A stretch of DNA of 64,000 nucleotides from Terriglobia bacterium (GTDB taxonomy: Bacteria; Acidobacteriota; Terriglobia; 20CM-2-55-15), in NCBI GenBank assembly GCA_965198225.1, contig CBDAOY010000007.1, positions 672,001 through 736,000 of the forward strand, in the 5' to 3' direction. The notes beneath the pieces are model-generated. The model searched no databases and was not told the DNA's origin. It worked only from the letters and a program-made list of their open reading frames with translations. Position 1 is the first letter of the stretch; each line of letters begins with the position of its first letter. Below, in pieces: positions 19,678-29,331 of the stretch. The position numbers were made by a program, and so were the translations under genes.

Positions 19678-22491
19678 ATGGAACCCCGGGACCTCCTGCT
19701 CGCCCCAGAAGTCGATACCGAGGAGTTGGACGGCCTGTACAGGCGTCACGGATTCCGGTCGCCCACGGAGGCCGACCGGAACCTTCAGGAGATTGCCGGC
19801 AACGAGACGGATCGCCGGAACCTGGCGCGGTCAATCGATCCGATATTCACGGCGTTCGGATCGGCTGTCGATCCCGACACCGCCATGTCGAACCTGGAGC
19901 GCTATGTTTCGGAAATCGGAAATCGCTCCGAGTTCTTCGTGCGATTGGCCGAGGATCCCTCCCTGGTCGAGCTGCTGGCAAGCGCTCTCGGAGGCTCTTC
20001 GTTCCTTGCCGGAATTCTGATTCGGAACCCCGAGTACCTTCATGGCCTCCGAGCGGACCTGGAACGCGGGCCGAAGTCTCGTGAGGATTTCATCACCCGA
20101 GCCCGGGAATCGGTTCGAACCTTCGATGACCAACGCGATCGGCTGAACGCTCTTCACCGCTTCCAGCGTCGGGAGTTATTGCGTATCGGCGTTCGCGACC
20201 TTTCCGGAGAATCCCATGTGCGGGACATCACCCACGAGCTCTCCTGGCTTGCCGACGCGATCATACAGGTCGTGTTCGACGAGGCCTGGCGCGCGATGGG
20301 GGACAGGCTCGGAGAGAACTTCGAGTTTGCGGTGATCGCAGTCGGAAAACTCGGTGGGGAAGAGCTCAACTTCAGCTCCGACATCGACATCATCTACATC
20401 TATTCCGATGATGCCTACGCCGAGCTGGCGACGAAACTCGCCCGGCGGATAAACCAGGCACTGAGCGAGCCGACCGGCGAAGGAATGTTCTACCGTGTCG
20501 ACCTTCGTCTCAGGCCGGATGGAGGTCGGGGACCTATGGCCTCGTCGCTGAGGGCACTCCAGACCTACTACGATTCCTGGGGTGAGACTTTCGAACGGCT
20601 GGCTTTGTCGAAGGCCCGGTTCTCGGCCGGCCACCCCACCCTGGGAGAAACTTTTCTGAAACTGGTGGGACCCTTTGTCTACCGGCGATACCTGGACTAC
20701 GCGGCGATCGACGAAGTGCGGGACATCAAACGTCGCATCGACTCGCAGGTCGGATCGTCCGGCGAGCTGGAATTGAACGTGAAGCTGGGACGGGGCGGCA
20801 TCCGAGAGATCGAGTTCTTCGTCCAGGCCATACAGGTTCTCTACGGCGGCGAAATCCCCGGAATCCGGGTGAAAAGCACGCTGACATCCATCGATCGCCT
20901 CGAGGATGCTCTGCTGATCGAACGAGCCGTGGCCCGCCGGCTCCGGGACGCCTATGTGTTCCTCCGCAACGTCGAACACAAACTGCAGATTGTCGACTTC
21001 CGTCAGACGCACAGCCTGCCAAAGGACCGCGATGAACTCGCTCGGTGTGCCGCCCGGATGCAGATGTCCCTGCCGGCCTTCGAATCCACCCTCGATGCGC
21101 ATCGGAATTCGGTCCATGACGTGTTCGGTGATCTGTTTTCGAGGGGCTCGGCCGTCGAGGAAGGTCTTGCCGCCACCGTCCATCGTTTTGTACGTGGCGG
21201 GATGGACGATCGAGAGGCGCTCGAATGGCTCGAGGGGATGGGCTTTGAGCCGCGGCAGGCCCTGGACAACCTGCGGACACTGCGCGACGCACCCGCCTTC
21301 GGTCGTTCACCGACCCGCATGAAAAACCTGCTCGCCAACGTCGTCACGCCGCTGCTGGAAAACGCCTCGAAGCTGATCCGGCCTGGCCGAGTTCTGAATG
21401 GCTTTGAACGTATCACTTCTGAGGTCGGCGCTCGTGAAGCGCTATACACATCCCTGCTGGAGAGTCCCCGCTCGATTCCTCGCCTGGCACAGTTGTTTGC
21501 CCTCAGCGACTACCTGTCTGAAACGCTTTTCCGGAAGCCGGGAGCGGTCGAGTTCCTGATCGACGACAGCCTGTTGTCGCGCAAGATTCCACAACCCATC
21601 GAGAGCAGGAGCCGGCGTATCCACGAGTTCTACGTCGGCGCCCAGCATCTGTTCGGAATAATAAGCCGCAGGCAGGCGAGCCGACTGATGAGTCGTTTCG
21701 CTGAAAGGGAACTCCGGAATCGGCTGTCGGTCGGCGATTCGGTTGCGGTGTTTGCTCTCGGCAAGTTCGGTGAACGAGAACTGAACTATCGCTCCGACCT
21801 GGACGTGATCGCGTTTTATGAAGGGGACTACGCCGCCGCGTGCAGGATGGTGGAAGGGCTAACCGAGAGTCTCGGCGACGAGTTCCAGCTGGATCTGCGG
21901 CTGCGTCCCGAGGGACGGAAAGGCTCTCTCGTCTGGAACCTGGAGAGAACTGCAGCATACCTTGGGGACAGGGGAGAAACCTGGGAGCGGATGGCATGGA
22001 CCAAGGCACGATTTATCGCCGGTGACCGGAACCTGGCCGACCAGTTTGCGCCTCTCATCGACAATTTCGTTTACGGGCGAAGGTTCGGAACGGCCGAAGT
22101 CGATCAGATGAAGAGAATCCGCAAGAGAATGGAGCGGGAGCTCGCCAAAGAAAAGGAAGGGAGGTGGGATCTGAAACTGGGGAAGGGTGGGCTGGTCGAT
22201 CTGGAGTTCCTCGCCGAGTTTCTGCAGATTCACAAGCACATCCGGATACCAAACACCGCCCTTGTCCTCAAGCGCGCCGGCATTTCCGCGGAGCTGATCG
22301 GCGACTACCACTTTCTCCGCGACGTCGAGTCCATGCTCCGACTCTGGTCGCTCCACGCGAGTACGCAGATCGATGAGAAGGATCTTCCGGCGCTGGAGCT
22401 GATGCTGAGTCTGGAGAGTTTTCCGGAAACCTATGAGCGGGTGACGGAAAGAATTCGTGAAGCTTTTGAGGCGTATAGAGGAGAGGTGTAG
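19678..22491 (+). CDS. glnE: Glutamine synthetase adenylyltransferase/deadenylase
   Basis: Two GlnE NT domains: GKLGGEELNFSSDID...VDLRLRPDG and GKFGERELNYRSDLD...LDLRLRPEG. Confidence 0.93.
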   Translation: MEPRDLLLAPEVDTEELDGLYRRHGFRSPTEADRNLQEIAGNETDRRNLARSIDPIFTAFGSAVDPDTAMSNLERYVSEIGNRSEFFVRLAEDPSLVELLASALGGSSFLAGILIRNPEYLHGLRADLERGPKSREDFITRARESVRTFDDQRDRLNALHRFQRRELLRIGVRDLSGESHVRDITHELSWLADAIIQVVFDEAWRAMGDRLGENFEFAVIAVGKLGGEELNFSSDIDIIYIYSDDAYAELATKLARRINQALSEPTGEGMFYRVDLRLRPDGGRGPMASSLRALQTYYDSWGETFERLALSKARFSAGHPTLGETFLKLVGPFVYRRYLDYAAIDEVRDIKRRIDSQVGSSGELELNVKLGRGGIREIEFFVQAIQVLYGGEIPGIRVKSTLTSIDRLEDALLIERAVARRLRDAYVFLRNVEHKLQIVDFRQTHSLPKDRDELARCAARMQMSLPAFESTLDAHRNSVHDVFGDLFSRGSAVEEGLAATVHRFVRGGMDDREALEWLEGMGFEPRQALDNLRTLRDAPAFGRSPTRMKNLLANVVTPLLENASKLIRPGRVLNGFERITSEVGAREALYTSLLESPRSIPRLAQLFALSDYLSETLFRKPGAVEFLIDDSLLSRKIPQPIESRSRRIHEFYVGAQHLFGIISRRQASRLMSRFAERELRNRLSVGDSVAVFALGKFGERELNYRSDLDVIAFYEGDYAAACRMVEGLTESLGDEFQLDLRLRPEGRKGSLVWNLERTAAYLGDRGETWERMAWTKARFIAGDRNLADQFAPLIDNFVYGRRFGTAEVDQMKRIRKRMERELAKEKEGRWDLKLGKGGLVDLEFLAEFLQIHKHIRIPNTALVLKRAGISAELIGDYHFLRDVESMLRLWSLHASTQIDEKDLPALELMLSLESFPETYERVTERIREAFEAYRGEV

Positions 22492-22553
22492 GTGCGGTCT
22501 ATGACCGCACATTGTGCCGATCCGAAGAGCGTGCGGTCATAGACCGCACCTAC
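22488..22553. repeat. GTAG-type REP doublet (family B) between convergent glnE and the PII gene
   Basis: GTAGGTGCGGTCTATGACCGCAC (22488-22510) and its exact reverse complement (22531-22553). The first copy contains the glnE stop codon. Confidence 0.88.
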
Positions 22554-22558
22554 ACACC

Positions 22559-22891
22559 CTAACTCACGTCCCGCTCACCGGTTCGTATGTTGTATCCCTC
22601 TTCCACGGGCAGGACGAACACCCGACCATCCCCTATTTCTCCTGTCCGGGCGGTCTCGATAATCGTCCTGATCGTGTCGTCGACCATCTCATCGGGAAGG
22701 ACGAGGTCGATCATGATCTTGGGCAGCAGCGTCACGCTGTATTCCGTCCCCCGATAGATGGCTTTGTGGCCTTTCTGGCGGCCATGGCCCCTGACTTCCG
22801 TCACGGTCAGCCCGGAGATATGGATCTTTGCCAGGGCGTCCTTGACTTCCTCGAGCTTGTTCGGACGGATGATTGCCTTCAGCAGTTTCAT
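22559..22891 (-). CDS. glnB: PII nitrogen regulatory protein (GlnB/GlnK family)
   Basis: AIIRP, GRQKG...YRGTEY (Tyr51 present), TGEIGDGRVFV, IRTGE. Confidence 0.9.
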   Translation of the reverse strand: MKLLKAIIRPNKLEEVKDALAKIHISGLTVTEVRGHGRQKGHKAIYRGTEYSVTLLPKIMIDLVLPDEMVDDTIRTIIETARTGEIGDGRVFVLPVEEGYNIRTGERDVS

Positions 22892-22957
22892 ATAGACGTG
22901 CCTCCGGTCTAACGGAGTCGAACCGCGGTTCCTCCTCGAAGGGACCGCGGCCCACTC

Positions 22958-22984
22958 TATAGTGACCTGTTACAGGCCACTATA
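22958..22984. repeat. Collapsed family C footprint (TAGTGACCTGTTACAGGCCACTA) overlapping the glnA stop
   Basis: The two ends of the 31161-31436 element joined head to head with no interior. Confidence 0.7.
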
Positions 22985-24395
22985 TATCGTAGTACAGTTC
23001 GAACTCATGTGGATGGGGCCGCAGACGGACCGCGTCCACTTCGTTCTCTCGCTTGTACCCGATCCAGGTGTCGATCACGTCCTTGGTGAATACGTCGCCT
23101 CTCAGCAGGTACTCGTGATCCGCCTCAAGCGCGTCCAGAGCCTCTTCCAGGCTGCCCGGTGTCGAGGCGATGTCCTTCTTCTCTTCCGGTTCCAGGTCGT
23201 ACAGATCTTTGTCGATCGGGTCCGGAGGCACGATCTTGTTCTCGATTCCGTCCAGGCCGGCCATCAGCATCGCGGCGAATGCGAGGTAGCCATTGCTCGA
23301 CGGATCAGGGATCCGGTATTCGAGCCGCTTCGCTTTCTCGCTCTTGGAGTAGGCGGGGATGCGCACGCACGCGCTGCGGTTGCGCTGGGAGTAGATCAGG
23401 TTTATCGGGGCTTCGTAGCCCGGGACGAGACGCCGGTAGGAATTGGTAGTCGGCGCGCAAAATGCCAGCAGTGCCGGGGTGTGCTTGAGCAGGCCGCCGA
23501 TGTAGTACTGGCAGTTCTTGCTCAAGTCTGCGTAATTGCCGGGTTCGTAGAACTGGTTCTGACCCTTCTTCCACAGGCTCTGGTGGACGTGCATCCCGGA
23601 TCCGTTGTCCATGAACACCGGTTTCGGCAGGAACGTGGCGGTCTTGCCGCGTCGTCGTGCGACGTTCTTCACGACGTATTTGTACATCTGTAGCTTGTCA
23701 GCCATACGGGTCAGGGTGTCGAAGCGCATGTCGATTTCGCACTGGCCCGCCGTCGCCACTTCGTGATGATGGACTTCGACTCGAACACCGATACTCTCGA
23801 GCGTCAACATCATCTCGGAACGGATATCCTGGAGCGAGTCGGTGGGAGGCACCGGAAAGTAGCCTTCCTTGTAACGCGGCTTGTAGCCCAGATTTGGGTT
23901 TTCCTCGCGGCCCGTGTTCCAGAACGCCTCGACGGAATCGACGTGGTAGTAGCCCCCTGAAGGGCCCTGGTCATACCGGACGTCATCGAAAATGAAGAAC
24001 TCCGGCTCCGGACCGAAGTAGACCGTGTCGGCGACCCCTGTGGCCTCCAGATGACGCTCGGCCTTCTGTGCGATGTATCTCGGGTCGCGGTTATAAGACT
24101 CACCCGTCACGGGATCTTGAACGTTACAGATTATGTTCAGGGTTGGGACCTCGGTGAATGGGTCCAGGAAAGTTGCGTCCGGGTCCGGAATCAGAAGCAT
24201 GTCGCTCTCTTGGATCTTCTGGTAGCCCCGGATGCTGGATCCATCAAAGCCGAGACCCTCGTCGAAGATGTCTTCGACCAGCTCTGCCGTAGAGATCGAA
24301 AAGTGCTGCCACATCCCGAGCAGGTCGACAAAGCGCAGGTCGGCGACTTTGACGCCTTTCTCCCGAGCGAACTCTATTACCTCTTTGGGCTTCAT
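22980..24395 (-). CDS. glnA: Glutamine synthetase type I-beta (adenylylatable)
   Basis: [48 protein letters not shown], adenylylation loop DKDLYDL. ATG at 24395 follows GGAGG. Confidence 0.96.
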   Translation of the reverse strand: MKPKEVIEFAREKGVKVADLRFVDLLGMWQHFSISTAELVEDIFDEGLGFDGSSIRGYQKIQESDMLLIPDPDATFLDPFTEVPTLNIICNVQDPVTGESYNRDPRYIAQKAERHLEATGVADTVYFGPEPEFFIFDDVRYDQGPSGGYYHVDSVEAFWNTGREENPNLGYKPRYKEGYFPVPPTDSLQDIRSEMMLTLESIGVRVEVHHHEVATAGQCEIDMRFDTLTRMADKLQMYKYVVKNVARRRGKTATFLPKPVFMDNGSGMHVHQSLWKKGQNQFYEPGNYADLSKNCQYYIGGLLKHTPALLAFCAPTTNSYRRLVPGYEAPINLIYSQRNRSACVRIPAYSKSEKAKRLEYRIPDPSSNGYLAFAAMLMAGLDGIENKIVPPDPIDKDLYDLEPEEKKDIASTPGSLEEALDALEADHEYLLRGDVFTKDVIDTWIGYKRENEVDAVRLRPHPHEFELYYDI

Positions 24396-24481
24396 GGTGG
24401 GTGAACCTCCGTGAATCAAACGAGTTTTAGTGAACGAAGACTGGCGGGTCCTGGGGAACCGGTTTTCCGCCAAAACGCGCT

Positions 24482-24511
24482 AGTCTACACCACGCGTGCG
24501 AGGGGACGCAA
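24482..24511 (-). promoter_or_regulatory. Possible sigma70 promoter for glnA (TTGCGT-N18-TAGACT)
   Basis: Partial consensus match in an AT-richer intergenic region. Confidence 0.3.
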
Positions 24512-24634
24512 AATTATCTAGTACGATTGAAGAAATACGCGAAATTCGCACACATCCGTCACCTATCCACAAAAATATGGGCTCTACGGTGGCTATGTGT
24601 CATATATAATTTGCCAAATACGCATGATGATTTT

Positions 24635-24651
24635 CGCGCAAATATTGCGCG
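24635..24651. promoter_or_regulatory. Palindromic operator candidate CGCGCAA-ATA-TTGCGCG upstream of glnA
   Basis: 17-bp dyad with the same geometry as NtrC-type boxes (GCAC-N7-GTGC). Confidence 0.35.
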
Positions 24652-24755
24652 TCGGTAGGGTTGCAAGACGCGATCCGATGCTTTCAGGCCCAGCCAAAGG
24701 CGGATCTTGGAGGAATGGGATCAGTTGTTTAGAAAACGGGAAGCGCCCGTGGGGC

Positions 24756-24845
24756 CAAAGAGCGGGGTCCCTCATCTGGAGTTCGCTACGGCCGCATTAG
24801 CCTCGCAAAGAGCGGGGTCCCTCATCTGGAGTTCGCTACGGCCGC
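24756..24845 (+). repeat. Exact 40-bp direct repeat, period 50
   Basis: CAAAGAGCGGGGTCCCTCATCTGGAGTTCGCTACGGCCGC at 24756-24795 and 24806-24845. Confidence 0.9.
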
Positions 24846-24855
24846 TAGGAAAACG

Positions 24856-25191
24856 CTAACGTCCTTGGGCGCGCCGTTTGACCCTCTTGGCGAGGTCCTC
24901 GATCTTCTTCGCGAGTTCTTCGATCCGGTTGCTGCCTTCCACGAGTTTGGCCGAGGTGGTGTAGCCGTCGGCCGCCTCCACCTCTTCGACCAGGACCTTG
25001 GTCAGTTCAACCAACTCGTTCGTTGCCTCCTTCATCTCCGCCAGCCTCTCTTCACGGAAGTGTTGCTCGGCCCTGATCCGGGCCTTGACTTTCATATCCT
25101 GCGGTCCTTGGGACACCGCTCGGCTCTGGAAGAGGAAGACGATGAAGAAGGTGATCAATACAGCAAGGACAGTCTTTCGTTTGACGGTCAT
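24856..25191 (-). CDS. Small secreted helical hypothetical protein
   Basis: Signal peptide followed by a charged helical bundle-like sequence. Confidence 0.65.
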   Translation of the reverse strand: MTVKRKTVLAVLITFFIVFLFQSRAVSQGPQDMKVKARIRAEQHFREERLAEMKEATNELVELTKVLVEEVEAADGYTTSAKLVEGSNRIEELAKKIEDLAKRVKRRAQGR

Positions 25192-25555
25192 TTCTTCGGC
25201 AGTTTACACCGAGTTCTTGAAGAGAAGTGAGGAAAACCCGCGCTCGGCTTTTTCTGGAAGCTTGATCCTCCGGCTCGAGAATTTTGAGGGCTCAAACGTG
25301 CTGTCAGGCCTCCGCCATCGGCTGTTGCGTAGACGGGACGACAGTCTCCTCCGATTTGAGCTGATCGCTGAAAGTTGATGGGCAATTACCTACCCGAGAC
25401 TTGCATGTGGAAGTGGATTGGCGGGCGGGGAATGCACAAGAAACGGACCGAAGGCGGTCTCATGCATGCTAAAATTATTTGTTTGTGTGTCTTAAATCGC
25501 TTTCCGCCTGATCCGGTAGTTTGATTTCTGCACGCAGCCCAGCAAGCTAAGACGT

Positions 25556-26164
25556 ATGGAAATCTTCTCCGCGATCTCGGATTGGCTGCAGGAGACATTG
25601 CTGCCTTACGGCGGAATCGGTTTGATGCTGCTGGCGATCTGCGATTCGTCGTTTCTGTCGCTGCCCGAAGTGAACGACATCCTGTTGATGACGTTCTCGA
25701 TCGAACGACCGGAACGGATGCTGCTGTTTGCGGGGCTGACCACATTCGGGTCTCTGATCGGCTGCGCGATGCTGTATGCGGTCGGACGCAGCGGCGGTGA
25801 AGCGTTCCTGAAGAAGCGTTTCACGGACGAGCGACTAGCCCGGGTCGAAGGGTGGTACGCACGGTATGGGATGTTGGCCGTGATCGTGCCGTCGCTGTTA
25901 CCGCCGCCGACGCCGTTTAAGATCTTCGTGCTTTCCGCCGGCACCTTTGGAATCTCGTGGCCCCGATTCCTGTTGGCTGTCGTGGTCGGACGCAGCCTCC
26001 GGTACTTCTCGGAGGGAATCCTGGCTGTGATCTACGGCGCAGCCGCCATTGCTTTTGTCCAGCAGCACTACGGCAAGATCGGCGTTGCTGTTTCGGTCGC
26101 AATCATCGTGTCGGTTCTCCTGTATATCTACTCAGAACGTTGGACGCGAGGCCAGAAAAATTAA
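25556..26164 (+). CDS. DedA/YqaA (VTT domain) membrane protein
   Basis: DSSFLSLPE, LLPPPTPFKIF...AG, GRSLRY. Confidence 0.85.
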   Translation: MEIFSAISDWLQETLLPYGGIGLMLLAICDSSFLSLPEVNDILLMTFSIERPERMLLFAGLTTFGSLIGCAMLYAVGRSGGEAFLKKRFTDERLARVEGWYARYGMLAVIVPSLLPPPTPFKIFVLSAGTFGISWPRFLLAVVVGRSLRYFSEGILAVIYGAAAIAFVQQHYGKIGVAVSVAIIVSVLLYIYSERWTRGQKN

Positions 26165-26179
26165 GGAAACCAAGAGACG

Positions 26180-27112
26180 TTGAAGCTAGCTGACCGCTCG
26201 ACTTTCCGAATTGATAGACTTTCGAGGGCCTCCGGGCTGATCCGAGCCCGAAGGGCTGCCTCCTGCGTACCCCTGATTCTGTTGCTTGCCGGATGCGGTG
26301 TTTCCCGACAGACCGTGATCCCGGCTCAGGAGTTGCCGTTTCCCGCGAAGGTAGCGACCCGACTGGAACTGCTCGACGACCTACAGAAGACCGGCGAATC
26401 CGTCGACACGCTGAGGGCGACAGTGACCCTGGAGGCTTCAGGTGGGGCGCTGACGACGGGCATTCTGACGTCCTACCGGGAGACGAGGGGTTTCCTCATC
26501 GTCCAGCGGCCCTCACACATTCGCCTCAAGGGGGAAGCCCCTCTGGCGCTGGCGACGGTTTTCGACATGGTTTCGGACGGGGAGATCTTCAGGGTATCCG
26601 TCCCCCTACAGAACACGTTCATCATCGGTGACACGACGGCGGTTACCGAAGCCGAGAACCCGGTGCTGAACCTCCGTCCACAGCACGTGATGGACGCCCT
26701 GTTCGTCGACATCCGCGACTACCTGGCCGATCGGCGTGTCCTGCCGGTCATGGAAGAAGCATTTGAAGGCCGACGCAGCTTCTATGTCTTCATGTTCATC
26801 GACAACAGCAGGACGGTTCCCCGCTTGATCGAAAAGCTCTGGATCGATCGACGCAACCTCACCGTGGCTCGCAAGCAGATCTTCGGAAAAGATGGAATCG
26901 TCCAGACCGACGTGGTTTACAACGCGTACAAGGTGTCCAATGGTGTCGCCTTTCCCCAGGACGTGTTCATCCGGCGTCCAGTCGAAGACTATTCCGTCAA
27001 GATCGAGTTCGTAAGGACCGAGCTGAACACGAGCCTTCCCGACAACGCCTTCTTTCTGCCTGCCCCCGTCGGCTCGGAGTTGATCCGTGTGGGAACCGAA
27101 TCCAACCGTTGA
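26180..27112 (+). CDS. LolA/LolB-fold lipoprotein (DUF4292-like)
   Basis: Lipobox LLAGC; QRPSHIR; KLWIDR; C-terminal LNTSLPDNAF. Confidence 0.6.
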   Translation: MKLADRSTFRIDRLSRASGLIRARRAASCVPLILLLAGCGVSRQTVIPAQELPFPAKVATRLELLDDLQKTGESVDTLRATVTLEASGGALTTGILTSYRETRGFLIVQRPSHIRLKGEAPLALATVFDMVSDGEIFRVSVPLQNTFIIGDTTAVTEAENPVLNLRPQHVMDALFVDIRDYLADRRVLPVMEEAFEGRRSFYVFMFIDNSRTVPRLIEKLWIDRRNLTVARKQIFGKDGIVQTDVVYNAYKVSNGVAFPQDVFIRRPVEDYSVKIEFVRTELNTSLPDNAFFLPAPVGSELIRVGTESNR

Positions 27113-27118
27113 ATAAAG

Positions 27119-28219
27119 TTGAATAGAGAAATCATTCTTGCCAATTTCGCCAAACGTCCCGTTCGTACGAGCGTCAGCATCCTCGCGGTCGCGATTGAAG
27201 TCACGCTGATCCTTGTTGTCGTCGGTCTGGTGACGGGCATGAACGTCGAGACCGGAAGGCGAATCGAGGGCGTTGGTGCAGACCTGATGTTCCAACCCCC
27301 GAACTCTTCGGTGTTCCTGGGTCTGAACGGTGCGGTCATGCCGCTGGCGATCGGCCCCAAGCTGCTCGAAGTAGAAGGCGTTCGGGCGATCTCGCCGGTC
27401 ATCACCCAGTTCAACACCCAGGGCGGCTTCGATACGGTGTTCGGGATCGACCCGGAAAGCTTCGCCGCGATGGGCGGCGGATTTAATTTTTTGTCGGGAG
27501 AGATCTTTGATGCCTCCGGCGAGATCGTGATCGACGACCTGTACGCCGCGGCGAAGGAACTGGGCGTCGGAGACGAGATGTCTCTGCTGAACCACCAGTT
27601 TAGGGTGAGCGGAATCGTCGAGCACGGCAAGGGCGCACGTCTGTACCTGAGCATTCGAGAAGCGCAGGAGATGATGGGGGCGATGGACAAGGCGTCGATC
27701 TTCTTCGTCAAGTGCGACGACCCCGACGTCACGTACGACGTCATTGCCCGGCTGGGAGCGATGTTTCCGACCTACCCAGCCCGCCCGCTGCGGGAGATGG
27801 TTTCCTTGATGGCGAACTCCAGTCTGCCCGCCCTGGACGCTTTTCTCACGGTGGTCTTGGTCGTTGCCGTTTCGATCGGCGTGCTGGTGATCTTCCTGTC
27901 GATGTACACGACGATCACCGAGCGAACTCGCGAGATCGGCATCCTGCGTTCTCTCGGCGCGTCGAAGGGCTTCGTCGTGAGAATGATCCTTCACGAGACT
28001 GCCTGGCTGTGTGCTATCGGAGTCGTGATCGGAATCGGGCTGAGCTTTGCGATTGCGATCCTCGTCCAGGCCGTATTCCCGACGCTGCTCATTATGATCC
28101 TCCCGGACTGGATCCTTCGGGCGTCGCTTCTGGCTCTCTTCAGCGGTATTTTCGGGTCGCTTTATCCTTCTTTCCGGGCTGCCGGACAGGACCCGGTTGA
28201 AGCGCTCGCGTACGAATAG
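27119..28219 (+). CDS. MacB/FtsX/LolC-like ABC permease
   Basis: N-terminal TM plus periplasmic domain; ERTREIGILRSLGA; DPVEALAYE. Confidence 0.9.
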   Translation: MNREIILANFAKRPVRTSVSILAVAIEVTLILVVVGLVTGMNVETGRRIEGVGADLMFQPPNSSVFLGLNGAVMPLAIGPKLLEVEGVRAISPVITQFNTQGGFDTVFGIDPESFAAMGGGFNFLSGEIFDASGEIVIDDLYAAAKELGVGDEMSLLNHQFRVSGIVEHGKGARLYLSIREAQEMMGAMDKASIFFVKCDDPDVTYDVIARLGAMFPTYPARPLREMVSLMANSSLPALDAFLTVVLVVAVSIGVLVIFLSMYTTITERTREIGILRSLGASKGFVVRMILHETAWLCAIGVVIGIGLSFAIAILVQAVFPTLLIMILPDWILRASLLALFSGIFGSLYPSFRAAGQDPVEALAYE

Positions 28220-28228
28220 GTAGGCCTG

Positions 28229-28975
28229 ATGACAGCACTGCTGGAAACCTTCGATCTGACGAAGACCTACCAGGTGGGCACTGTGCCTGTTGAGGCGCTG
28301 CGAGGGGTCGATCTTCGGGTAGAAGCAGGAGAGATGCTGGCCGTCATGGGACCCTCCGGATGCGGAAAGTCGTCGCTGATGCATGTTCTCGGCGCGATGA
28401 CCCGGCCGACCGCCGGAAGGGTCCTTCTCGACGGGCAGGACGTCGCCCACATGCGCGACGCCGAGCGCACCGAGTTCCGACGAGACAAGATCGGATTTGT
28501 TTTCCAGAAGTTCAACCTGCTGCCGACCCTCAACGCCCGCGCGAATATCGAAATTGCCCGCCGCATCCACGGGAGCTTCGGCGATGCAGCCGCCGACGAC
28601 CGGCAGAGGAAAATACTCGAGATGCTCCAGATCCAGGACAAGATGAGCCGGCGTCCCCACGAATTGTCCGGCGGAGAGCAGCAACGTGTGGCTGTCGCCC
28701 GCGCCGTCGTCAAACAGCCCGCGATTCTGCTTGCGGACGAGCCCACCGGCAATCTGGATTCGAAGAACTCCGACATCGTCCTCGACATGTTTCGTGAGTT
28801 GAATCGGGAGCTCGGACAAACGATAATTCTGGTAACGCACAATCCCGAGCTGGCCGCATATACCGACCGGGTCGTCGAGATGCGGGACGGCAGGATCGTC
28901 AACGACGGATCCGCGGAATCCTGGGTCGCCGCGGAATCCAAGCTTCTGACCGAATCGGTTTCGGGTCGATCATGA
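28229..28975 (+). CDS. LolD/MacB-type ABC ATPase
   Basis: GPSGCGKS, IGFVFQKFNL, LSGGEQQRVA, LADEPTGNLD, VTH. Confidence 0.92.
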   Translation: MTALLETFDLTKTYQVGTVPVEALRGVDLRVEAGEMLAVMGPSGCGKSSLMHVLGAMTRPTAGRVLLDGQDVAHMRDAERTEFRRDKIGFVFQKFNLLPTLNARANIEIARRIHGSFGDAAADDRQRKILEMLQIQDKMSRRPHELSGGEQQRVAVARAVVKQPAILLADEPTGNLDSKNSDIVLDMFRELNRELGQTIILVTHNPELAAYTDRVVEMRDGRIVNDGSAESWVAAESKLLTESVSGRS

Positions 28976-29331
28976 GAAAGTGGTTCATCTGGCAGTGGGG
29001 CCGAGGTTCGTTCCAGTACGACGTGCTCTGCGGTCTGATCCTGATCATCATCTTCGCGATACCGCCGGCCGTGTTCAACGACCGTCATGACTACGAGCGG
29101 TTGTCTGGATTTGATGAGGTTCGGCGGGCGCGTGATGACGACGGAACGCCGGTCTACACCGTCAAAGTGAACAAGCCGGCTTTCTCGGGCGACGCCGCGG
29201 AATTGGAAAACGGCGCGCGGGAGAAGCTAAGGTCTTTCCTGGGCCTGGACACCCTCGAGGTGGATCGCGTGGAGCCCGTCTACGACACCCGGGGTGTGTT
29301 GGCGGCATATTCTTTCTGGTTGGATCAATGA
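28972..29331 (+). CDS. Small membrane hypothetical protein
   Basis: Overlaps both neighbours by 4 bp; RGSFQYDVLC then a TM helix. Confidence 0.7.
   Translation: MRKWFIWQWGRGSFQYDVLCGLILIIIFAIPPAVFNDRHDYERLSGFDEVRRARDDDGTPVYTVKVNKPAFSGDAAELENGAREKLRSFLGLDTLEVDRVEPVYDTRGVLAAYSFWLDQ

Noticed and set aside
22900-22960. GGTTCGACTCC T-loop-like motif on the minus strand as a tRNA
   Set aside because: No acceptor, D or anticodon arms can be folded; it is only a local hairpin.
24600-24620. TGGCA upstream of glnA as a sigma54 promoter
   Set aside because: There is no TTGC at the -12 position.
25188-25385. 65-aa ORF overlapping the start of the 24856 gene
   Set aside because: No recognisable motif or RBS; coding status cannot be supported.
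26606-28840. 744-aa minus-strand ORF and similar long antisense ORFs (3404, 5276, 18740, 34725)
   Set aside because: Shadow ORFs opposite well-supported genes, typical of high-GC codon usage.
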